From contig JBBTVH010000090.1 in the NCBI GenBank assembly GCA_038063355.1, forward strand, positions 1-27,352: a stretch of DNA of 27,352 bases. The letters run 5' to 3'. Source of the stretch: Patescibacteria group bacterium (GTDB lineage Bacteria; Patescibacteriota; Gracilibacteria; Peribacterales; Peribacteraceae). Of the stretch, positions 16,744 to 24,800 are shown piece after piece. How positions within the stretch are numbered: the stretch's first letter is position 1; each line of letters begins with the position of its first letter. Under the pieces are notes generated by a model that was given only the letters and a program-made list of their open reading frames with translations, was not told the origin of the DNA and did no database searches. The position numbers and the translations under genes were made by a program.

Positions 16744-17742
16744 CTATTTGATCTCCTCCCCCGTATTCATATCCTTCCGGATCTCCTCAGCGGTTCTCGC
16801 TGCCTGGTCGATTTTGCGTTTCACAGTGCGGTCGGCTTCCGCCTTTTTTTGATGCAGGATGGTTTCGGCCTGTGTTTTATCCTGGCGTTCCCCCGCGCAG
16901 ATGGCGTCGCGCTCACGCTTGGCGCGCTGTGTAATGGCAGAGAGGTCCTTTTGCAGATCCACTTCCACCTGTGTGCTCTTACGCATACAGTCCGCTTCAA
17001 TCTTTTCTTTGCGCTGGCGCTCTTCCCCTGAAAGCCGCATTTCTTCCGCCCGCTGCATCGGCGGGGGGAGGGAACGAATCTGCATGCGAACCTGGGTGAG
17101 CCCCTGCTCCATCATCTGGATGGCCGTGCGCTCCTCGGCGGAGATCTTCGTACGATGCTTGCGCGCCTCTTCATTCGCCTGTTCTTTCTCCAGCCTTTCG
17201 CGGGCATCGATTTCCCCGCGGCGCTTGCGCGAGCTTTCTGCGATTTTCCGGAGTTCGCGGTGCTCCAAAAGCTCCGCCTGCTGCTTATTGCGGAATGCTT
17301 CGGCCTCGGCGGCACTACGCATTTCCCGTTCTGTATCCTCTGATTTTTTCTTGCGTGCTTCCACGCGCAGTTTGAGCACGGAAGCCCTGCGCATGTCTTT
17401 CAGATATTCCTGATGCTGTGCACGCTCTTTTTTCTCCTCTTCCTTCCGTTCAAGCATGTGGGCTTCTTCTGCATGCTTTTTACGCTGATGTTCCTGCACC
17501 TCTTTCTTGCGCTGGTCCTCATTTTTCTTGAAATCCCGCAGGCGGTTTTCATGCTCCTCGGCAAACTTTTCCTCCTGCGCTACGCCACCGCGCACGGTCT
17601 CCTCCGTTTTCTTTATGGCTTCTTCCTGGCGTTTTGATTTCTCTTCCCTGCGTTTTTCGATCGACCTGCGCTCCTTAGTTTTCTTTTCCAGAAATTCATT
17701 CACGTCGTCCTGGGCCTTTTTTGGATCGGGCTGGATGGGCAC
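16744..17742 (-). CDS. Highly charged coiled-coil hypothetical protein
   Basis: GTG start at 17742 (332 aa) preferred; the track's extension crosses a REP and the aspS end. Almost wholly E/K/R/Q/A helical. Confidence 0.75.
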   Translation of the reverse strand: MPIQPDPKKAQDDVNEFLEKKTKERRSIEKRREEKSKRQEEAIKKTEETVRGGVAQEEKFAEEHENRLRDFKKNEDQRKKEVQEHQRKKHAEEAHMLERKEEEKKERAQHQEYLKDMRRASVLKLRVEARKKKSEDTEREMRSAAEAEAFRNKQQAELLEHRELRKIAESSRKRRGEIDARERLEKEQANEEARKHRTKISAEERTAIQMMEQGLTQVRMQIRSLPPPMQRAEEMRLSGEERQRKEKIEADCMRKSTQVEVDLQKDLSAITQRAKRERDAICAGERQDKTQAETILHQKKAEADRTVKRKIDQAARTAEEIRKDMNTGEEIK

Positions 17743-17766
17743 GGGGATAGAATAGGGAATTGGGAG

Positions 17767-17792
17767 GAGACGCACCAACGGTGCGTCTCTAC
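17767..17792 (-). repeat. GTAG-headed REP-like hairpin downstream of aspS
   Basis: Minus strand GTAGAGACGCACC-GTT-GGTGCGTCTC with a 10-bp perfect stem. Confidence 0.8.
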
Positions 17793-17812
17793 GGTGGATG
17801 CTTGCCTGTCTA

Positions 17813-19585
17813 TTAGGATTTATCCTCTTCAACGATCTTAATTCCCAATTCCGCAATCTGTTCCTCCGGCATAGGGCTCGGCGATCCCAGCATCAAATCT
17901 TTTGCCTTTTGGTCCTTTGGATAGGCGATGACTTCGCGGATGTTGGGCTCATTACAGAACAGCATCACGATGCGGTCTACGCCCCAAGCGATGCCGCCAT
18001 GGGGAGGGGCGCCGTACTGGAATGCGCGGAGCAGATGGCCGAAGCGCCGCTCGGCATCCCGTTTGCTGATTTTCAGGATCTCGAAAATTTTCGACTGGAG
18101 ATCGGACTCGTGGATACGGATGGAACCGCCACCGATTTCGGAACCATTGAGCACGATGTCGTAGGCGGCCGCGCGGCATTTCAGGGGATCCGTATCGAGC
18201 AATGCGCGGTCTTCGTTCTTTGGGCGCGTGAACGGATGATGGACGGCAGCAACCGCACACGTGTCTTTGTCCTTTTCAAACATCGGGAAGTCGTTCACCC
18301 AGCAGTAGGCAAAGACCTTGGGGTCTGCGAGGTTCATCCGTTTTGCCAATTCCGTGCGTACGGCGCCGAGGCTGGTACAGGCGGTATCAAACTGATCTGC
18401 GGTGAAAAAGAGGATATCGCCGTTCGCCCCTTTTGCTGCTGTTGCAACCTGCTTCGTTAGGTCATTGCCCAGCTTCTCGACGGGCACCCCTTCATAGCCG
18501 CCGTCATTTACTTTAATCCACGCGAGTCCTTTTGCGCCGTAGATTTTTGCGGTTTCGGTGAGCTCGTCGATCTCTTTGCGCGAGAACTTCGCGCCGCCGG
18601 GAACGCGGAGGCACTTCACCACTCCACCGGAGTCGACGGTCTTGGCGAAGATCCCGAAGCCCGCGCCTTTGCACAGCTCTGAAACATCGGTGAAGGCGAG
18701 ATCGAACCGGAGATCGGGCTTATCGGATCCATACGCGTTCATCGCATCGTGGTAGGTAAAGCGAGGGAAGGGCGTGCGGAGGATCTTCACGTCCGGGCGG
18801 ATTTCTTTCGTAAGCTCGATCAAAGATTCTTCCGTGAGCTTCATCACATCTTCCGGTTCCACAAAGGACATCTCCACGTCCACCTGTGTGAATTCCGGCT
18901 GACGGTCGCCGCGCTGGTCTTCATCGCGGAAACATCGGGCGATCTGCATATAGCGGTCCAGACCCGCGACCATCGTCAATTGCTTCAATTGCTGTGGGGA
19001 CTGCGGAAGCACGTAGAATTCGCCATGGTAGAGACGAGAGGGGACAAGGTACTCACGCGATCCTTCCGGCGTGCCTTTGATCAAAATCGGAGTTTCCACT
19101 TCAAGGAAATCGCGGTCGTAGAAGAACTTCCGGATCGATTGCACGATCTTGTGGCGTGTGATGATGTTCTTGCGCATGCGGTCTTTGCGCAGATCGAGAT
19201 AGCGGTATTCCAGGCGCAGCTCTTCCGAAACATCTTTATCCTGATCAATTTCAAACGGCGGAGTCTTGGCTTCGTTGAGGACGGTAATGTCACTCACGCG
19301 GATTTCAATCGCGCCGGTTGGGTTATCCTCGCGCGCGGCTCCTTCGAGGCGTTTCGTCACGGTTCCTATGATCTGGATGACCCATTCCGGACGGATATGT
19401 TCGGCTTTCGTAAAAAGCGCCTTGTCCTTCGGATCAAACACCACCTGTGTAAAGCCGTAGCGGTCTCTTAGATCGACAAAGATCAATCCGCCGTGGTCAC
19501 GACGGCGGTGTACCCAGCCCGCGAGGGTGACGGACGATTTTGCATCGTTTTCGCGAAGCTGGCCACAAGTATGAGTACGCATCAT
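17813..19585 (-). CDS. aspS: Aspartate--tRNA ligase (probably non-discriminating Asp/Asn)
   Basis: MRTHTCG.L, RRRDHGGLIFVDLRD, LPQSPQQLKQ, ARCFRDED.R.DRQPEFTQ, GAPPHGG motifs and a GAD insertion. His in RRDHGG and Gly in RLEG match the established non-discriminating signature. Start 19585 (590 aa). Confidence 0.98.
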   Translation of the reverse strand: MMRTHTCGQLRENDAKSSVTLAGWVHRRRDHGGLIFVDLRDRYGFTQVVFDPKDKALFTKAEHIRPEWVIQIIGTVTKRLEGAAREDNPTGAIEIRVSDITVLNEAKTPPFEIDQDKDVSEELRLEYRYLDLRKDRMRKNIITRHKIVQSIRKFFYDRDFLEVETPILIKGTPEGSREYLVPSRLYHGEFYVLPQSPQQLKQLTMVAGLDRYMQIARCFRDEDQRGDRQPEFTQVDVEMSFVEPEDVMKLTEESLIELTKEIRPDVKILRTPFPRFTYHDAMNAYGSDKPDLRFDLAFTDVSELCKGAGFGIFAKTVDSGGVVKCLRVPGGAKFSRKEIDELTETAKIYGAKGLAWIKVNDGGYEGVPVEKLGNDLTKQVATAAKGANGDILFFTADQFDTACTSLGAVRTELAKRMNLADPKVFAYCWVNDFPMFEKDKDTCAVAAVHHPFTRPKNEDRALLDTDPLKCRAAAYDIVLNGSEIGGGSIRIHESDLQSKIFEILKISKRDAERRFGHLLRAFQYGAPPHGGIAWGVDRIVMLFCNEPNIREVIAYPKDQKAKDLMLGSPSPMPEEQIAELGIKIVEEDKS

Positions 19586-19590
19586 GGTCG

Positions 19591-19676
19591 TTGTTATATT
19601 GTTGTATTGCTCTATTGCTCGCAAGCGATTGTGAGGCTTGTTCTCAGCAATTCAACAATCCAGCAATTCAACAATT
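19591..19676. repeat. Inverted-arm octamer-repeat element between nrdR and aspS
   Basis: Left arm TTGTTATA TTGTTGTA TTGCTCTA TTGCT (19591-619). Right arm AGCAATTCAACAATCCAGCAATTCAACAA (19646-74). The arms are complementary at 22/29 nt in an 8-nt register. The right arm contains CAGCAATTCAACAAT twice. Confidence 0.85.
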
Positions 19677-19682
19677 TTCTCG

Positions 19683-20129
19683 TTAGCGGAATAACTTTCC
19701 CAGCTCTTCTTTAAATTCCTCCACATCTTTGAATTCGCGATGAACCGATGCAAAGCGGATATAGGCGACTTTATCGATTTTATGGAGCGCCTTCATCACG
19801 TCATTTCCGATCGTTGCGCTTCCTACCTCGCCTTTATTTCCGCCCCATTTCTCCTCGAGCTTATCGAGCAGACTGTCGATATTTTCCTGGGTGACCGGCC
19901 GCTTGGTGCACGCAATCCAGATGCCGCGTTCGATCTTGCTCCGGCTATAAGGCTCGCGCGTCCCATCCCGTTTCACGACAATCAGGTTATTCAGCTCTTG
20001 GCGCTCGAACGTCGTGAACCGATGATTGCATTTCGGGCACTCGCGGCGTCTGCGGATCGCGCGGCCATCTTCGGCGATTCTTGAATCCACGACGGCAGTA
20101 TCTTCGTGCTTGCAGCGGGGACAATCCAT
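19683..20129 (-). CDS. nrdR: Transcriptional repressor NrdR
   Basis: MDCPRC....VVDSR......RRRRECPKC..RFTTFE zinc ribbon, ATP cone (VVKRDG..EP) and AYIRFASV motif. Confidence 0.98.
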   Translation of the reverse strand: MDCPRCKHEDTAVVDSRIAEDGRAIRRRRECPKCNHRFTTFERQELNNLIVVKRDGTREPYSRSKIERGIWIACTKRPVTQENIDSLLDKLEEKWGGNKGEVGSATIGNDVMKALHKIDKVAYIRFASVHREFKDVEEFKEELGKLFR

Positions 20130-20190
20130 ACTTCATGAAAGGAAATGCGGATGCAGGGATTACTGTAGATGCAAACAATACAATGGGCAC

Positions 20191-20219
20191 AAAAAAAGCC
20201 GGACGTTTCCATCCGGCTT
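20191..20219 (-). terminator. Rho-independent terminator
   Basis: Minus strand AAGCCGGA-TGGAAACG-TCCGGCTT stem followed by a run of T's, 16 nt after the small-ORF stop. Confidence 0.85.
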
Positions 20220-20235
20220 CCATAATCCAAGCATA

Positions 20236-20370
20236 CTAGCTACCGATATCCAACTTACCAAGCTCGGCCTTGAGCTCTTCTTCCATTGCCTTCATGTCGA
20301 GGTGAGCGGGCATAGTAGCTTCCGTACCCTCAATAACAGGCATTTCTTTAAAACCTTCGTTACCTGGCAT
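20236..20370 (-). CDS. Small acidic hypothetical protein (44 aa)
   Basis: MPGNEGFKEMPVIEGTEATMPAHLDMKAMEEELKAELGKLDIGS, bracketed by its own promoter and terminator. The track's longer start (20466) overlaps tsaC and the promoter. Confidence 0.55.
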   Translation of the reverse strand: MPGNEGFKEMPVIEGTEATMPAHLDMKAMEEELKAELGKLDIGS

Positions 20371-20398
20371 GGGAATTTGGGGAAAGAATACGATGTCA

Positions 20399-20426
20399 AT
20401 CGTACCATACAATCTTTTCAATGCAA
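20399..20426 (-). promoter_or_regulatory. Sigma70 extended -10 promoter for the small ORF
   Basis: Minus strand TTGCAT (20426-21), 16-nt spacer ending in TGG, TACGAT (20404-20399). Confidence 0.65.
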
Positions 20427-20429
20427 GAA

Positions 20430-21053
20430 TTACGAGCGGAGAATGGTCTCCGAAGTTCCTGTGCAATCTACAATCCGCGAGGTCTTGCGCAAAGGAAGGG
20501 CTCCGAAATCCAGAATCAGGTCCGGTTTCAGAGGCGCATCTTTGTATTGTTCCATGATCTCTTTGATGGAGTATGGACTCGGCTTTCCATGAAGATTGGC
20601 GGAAGTGGTGCTGATGGGGCGACCGAAGCGGGTGACAAGTTCAGAGGCGAGGGGGTGGGAGGAGACACGAACGCCGAGGGTGGGGGATGGTGAGTGGTGA
20701 GTGGTGGGATCGTGAGATCGTGAATCGGGTGTGGGGTAGAGAACGTGGGGAGGATTTTTACTCATCAGGAGGACGATCATAAGCCTTCCAGGGAGAAATT
20801 CCTGCGCCAATTTCTCTGCGCGGTCGTTCCATTCCACATATTTTTTAGCCTCTTCGATGGAAGGGAACAGCGCACTCACGGGTTGCTCGAAAGAGCGCTG
20901 CTTAATCGTGAATAATCGCTCGACTGCTTTGGGATTGCTGAGATCACATGCAAAGCCGTAGCAGGTTTCGGTGGCGTGCATGACAGTTTTCCCGTCGACA
21001 AGTGCTGCGAGAGCGGTTTCAATCCCTTCGGGGGTGGCAGGAAGAATGCGCAT
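20430..21053 (-). CDS. tsaC: L-threonylcarbamoyladenylate synthase (YrdC/TsaC type)
   Basis: TETCYG.ACD, K.R....P, GVRVS, STTSANLHG and SRIVD motifs. Single-domain form, 207 aa. Confidence 0.93.
   Translation of the reverse strand: MRILPATPEGIETALAALVDGKTVMHATETCYGFACDLSNPKAVERLFTIKQRSFEQPVSALFPSIEEAKKYVEWNDRAEKLAQEFLPGRLMIVLLMSKNPPHVLYPTPDSRSHDPTTHHSPSPTLGVRVSSHPLASELVTRFGRPISTTSANLHGKPSPYSIKEIMEQYKDAPLKPDLILDFGALPLRKTSRIVDCTGTSETILRS
20679..20727. repeat. (NTGGTGA)n/GATCGTGA repeat tract inside tsaC
   Basis: GATGGTGA GTGGTGA GTGGTGG GATCGTGA GATCGTGA. Encodes DSRSHDPTTHHSPSPT just before the GVRV motif. Confidence 0.85.
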
Positions 21054-21058
21054 GGGGT

Positions 21059-21610
21059 CTACGGGACATTGTGCTTATTGCGCGAGCGTTCCACCTCTTT
21101 TATATGGAGAACCCGCTCGTATTTCTCCGCGATGCGGGGGGTGAAATGGATTTTGAGGACGGTTTCCTGCGCCTCCAACGTAAGCGTGCCGAATCCAAGC
21201 AGGTTCTGCATGAGACCGTGCTGGCTTTTATGGATGTCTTGGAGCATCTGCAGCTTGATCGTCTGGTGATCGTTGTGCGTGACCAGCGTTCTCTTGATGC
21301 GGTGTACGCGCTGATCGGTGACGACGATGATATAGAGAAAATGCCGATAGATCGACGTGAGAAAGAGAAAATGAGCGAGCATCCATGTCATCGCGAGGAA
21401 TATCAGGGTGATATAGCGAAGAGAGGCGTCCTGTATGCTGAAAATGCCAACAAAGAGCCACAGTGCCATACCTACGAATGCGGACCACGCGATCACACGT
21501 ATAAGCGGCCAGAAGAGCCGGATCCAGTGTTGCCGGAAATAAAAGTGGCACCGCTCATCCAGGTCTTTCCCAAGAAAGACGATATCCGCCGGCGCGTGCG
21601 TATATTTCAC
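21059..21610 (-). CDS. Membrane protein with a bacterial PH domain
   Basis: GTG 21610 overlaps the upstream TGA (GTGA), 183 aa. RQHW motif, two TM helices, then IVVTDQRV......L.......I.L..LQDI.....GL.Q.LLGFG.L.LE, typical of bPH_2-type proteins. Confidence 0.75.
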   Translation of the reverse strand: MKYTHAPADIVFLGKDLDERCHFYFRQHWIRLFWPLIRVIAWSAFVGMALWLFVGIFSIQDASLRYITLIFLAMTWMLAHFLFLTSIYRHFLYIIVVTDQRVHRIKRTLVTHNDHQTIKLQMLQDIHKSQHGLMQNLLGFGTLTLEAQETVLKIHFTPRIAEKYERVLHIKEVERSRNKHNVP

Positions 21611-21825
21611 CACAGTAGCCAGAGAGGGAAGAGTGTCGAGATGAGCAGCAGCATCGCATGGACGATCACCGCGATGTGCATGCGACGTATGGAAAAGAAC
21701 CGGATGCTTGAGCAATCCAGCGATGGAGGGAAATGCATATCCACGATTTTCGTATAGAAGAGGCGCCAGAGGAGCACTTCCCCGACAAGGATCAGAATGC
21801 CGATGCAGATCAGTGTGATAATCAC
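21607..21825 (-). CDS. Small two-TM membrane hypothetical protein
   Basis: GTG start, 72 aa, two hydrophobic helices, translationally coupled to the PH-domain gene. Start codon uncertain. Confidence 0.55.
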   Translation of the reverse strand: MIITLICIGILILVGEVLLWRLFYTKIVDMHFPPSLDCSSIRFFSIRRMHIAVIVHAMLLLISTLFPLWLLW

Positions 21826-21892
21826 TTTGGATATGTCATTTTCCTCTTTGTTGAGGCAGAGGTAAAGGAGATTGCCCGTCCGCCGTGATGTC

Positions 21893-24800
21893 TTAGGCGA
21901 CCATATGCTCCGCGATGGCATCCTCTACTTTCTTCTCCAAAATCGTCGAGGTGGTCACGGTGAGCGGCAAGCCGATTGTCTGTGCGCCGATTTTAAGCTG
22001 CACCTTTTCGCTGCCGGGGAACATCTCGAGGACGCGCTTGAGATCAAGCAGCAGTTTCTTCGGCGCGCGCTCGGGGAGGTCGATGGTGTAGATCCTGATT
22101 GGGGAGTTGGAGGCTGCTTCCTTTACCACAGAGGATTGTTTGTTGGTTTGCTGGTTTGTTGGTTTGCTGGTTGTCGATGTCATTGTAGATCCGGAACCGG
22201 ATGCATCGATCAGTCCCAAAACTGCGAGCTCTTTATCCGTCGGCATACCCTGGAGAATCCACTTGCCGATGGGGCCGAAGAAATCATCTGTGCCATTTTC
22301 TACCACTGTATTTTCGAGTGTCACGACTTCACCGGCGATGACGTTGCCCTCTTCATCCACCACTTCGATGGCTTCTGCTTCTACCTGCGGCCGCACCAGC
22401 CGGATGCCCTGCTTGGCCTCATCCTCATCGAAGAATCCCGCCTCTTTCGCTTTAGTGATCATTGTCGTTATGGAGGCGCGTTTTACGGCGTCTACGCGCA
22501 TCTGGAGCACCCCAGCGCGCACATCCAGAATACCCGCAACTACCAAAACAGTATCAGGCTGCTCCAGAAACGCCGCGGCATCGGCAAACGTACGTGGGAA
22601 GAGTGTTACTTCGATTTTCCCCGTGGGGTCCTCCAAAAACACGATTGCCATCGTCTCGCCTTTCTTCGTAGTGATGCGCTTGACGCCGCCGACGATGCCG
22701 GCGAGGGTGATCTTCTTTCCGGCGTCCTCCCGCGTGAGATTGGCGATGAGCTGCGCCTTCTTACTGATGTATTTCTTCAAACCCGCGAGCGGATGGCTGC
22801 TTACATACATGCCGAGCGTTTCCTTTTCCCATTGTAGTGCTTGCTGCCGGGAGGCGGGCGCTGTCTTGGGGAAGGAGATCCGTGCCTCCTCGATGTTCGC
22901 CGCTCCGAAGAGATCCCCTTGGGAATGGCTCACGCCTCCGGCTGCCTTGGCGTAGTCGACGATCAGATTGTAGTGCTCCACAAGCGTTCCGCGTTCCCCA
23001 AGGGAATCGAGCGCTCCGGATTTGGCGAGCGATTCGAGAAGCTTTTTATTGAGCGCCTTCGTAGGAACACGGCGCGCAAAATCATCCAGACTTTCGAATT
23101 TCTTCTCTCCTCGCGCGGCGATTATCTGCTCCACGGAACTATTGCCGATTCCTTTCACCGCCGAAAGCCCGAAGCGGATGGAGCCGGGAGTGGTGGATGG
23201 TGAATGGTGAGTGGTGAGTGGTGAGCGGGGAGATTGGGAGTCGGAAAGAATCGCGGTGAAGTGCCGCAGGGATTCGTTGATATCGGGTGGAAGCACGGCG
23301 ATACCCATTGCGCGGCATTCCTCGATCTCGATCATCACGCGGTCTGTATCGGCGGCGTCACTACTAAGAAGCGCAGCCATGAACTCCGTCGGGTAGTTCG
23401 CCTTTAAGTACGCGGTCTCGTAGGCGATCTTGGCGTACCCCGCGGCGTGGGACTTGTTGAAGCCGTATCCGGCAAAGGGGGTCACGACATCATCAAAAAT
23501 TTGCTCGGCGAGTTGCCGCTTGTATCCCTTGTTTACGGAGCCTACAAGAAACTTCTCGCGCTGGGAAGAGAGCTCCTCTTTGATCTTCTTTCCGATGGCG
23601 CGGCGCAGAATATCCGCTTCGCCCAAACTGAACCCGGCAAATGTGCGGGCGATCTCCAGAATCTGCTCCTGGTACACACCGATGCCGTAGGTGGGCTCAA
23701 GAATCGTACGAAGATCTTTGTGGAGGTAGCGGATGTCTTCCTGACCGTGCTTGCGTTTGATGTACTGGGGGATCCAATCCATCGGGCCCGGGCGATACAG
23801 GGCCACCATCGCGACGATGTCATTGAATGCGGTCGGTTTGAGCTGCTTGAGATACCGACGCATGCCAGCAGATTCCAACTGGAACACTCCGGTCGTATCG
23901 CCACGCTGCAGCAGCCCAAACGCCCCTGGGTCGTTTCCCGGGATTTTGGTGATATCAATACGGTTCCCCGACAGGCGCTCAATAATCTCCAGCGTCGTCT
24001 GGATGACCGTGAGGTTCATGAGTCCTAGGAAGTCCATCTTCAGAAGACCGAGGGACTCGAGCGGCTTTGCCGCGGTCTGCGTGATGATGATGTTTTCATC
24101 CTTGGGGGCGCGCTGGAGCGCCGTGTAATGCACTGCGGGTTCGGGCGTGATGATCACGCCGCACGCGTGCACCGAAACGTGACGTGCTTTGCCCTCAAGC
24201 TTCCTAGCTGCGTCAAAAATACGGCGATAGATTTCGTTTTCCCGATAGACCGATTGTAATTCCTGCGTATTCAGAGCTTCCTCAAGCGTCGTTCCCGGAC
24301 GATCGGGGATGAGTTTCACGAGCGCGTTCATCTCCAGGAAGGGCACGCCGTACGCGCGGCCAACATCCTTCACTGCGGCACGCGCTGCGAGTGTTCCGAA
24401 CGTGCAAATCTGTACGACGTGGTCCTGGCCGTACTTTTCGCGGACGTATTCCAGCACTTCATCTCTGCGTGTATCGGCGAAGTCGATGTCCACGTCCGGC
24501 ATGGAGATGCGTTCAGGGTTCAAAAAGCGTTCGAAGAGGAGTCCGTGTTCCATCGGGTCCAAGCCTGTGATCCCGAGGCAATACGAGACAATCGACCCCG
24601 CGGCGCTGCCACGCCCCGGGCCCACAGTGATGCCGCGACGCTTCGCTTCGTTCACAAAATCCGCGACAATGAGGAAGTATCCGGAGAAGCCAACCTGCTC
24701 GATGATTTTGAGCTCATAATCCATCCGCTCCTGATGTTCCTGGGTGGGATTGGGATACTTCTTCGCAAATCCCTCCTCTGTTAGCCTGTGGAGCTCCTTA

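Noticed and set aside
17826-17856. AATTCCC/AATTCCG heptamers at the aspS 3' end
   Set aside because: They encode IAELGIK, matching the usual AspRS C-terminal ..ELGI pattern, so ordinary coding explains them.
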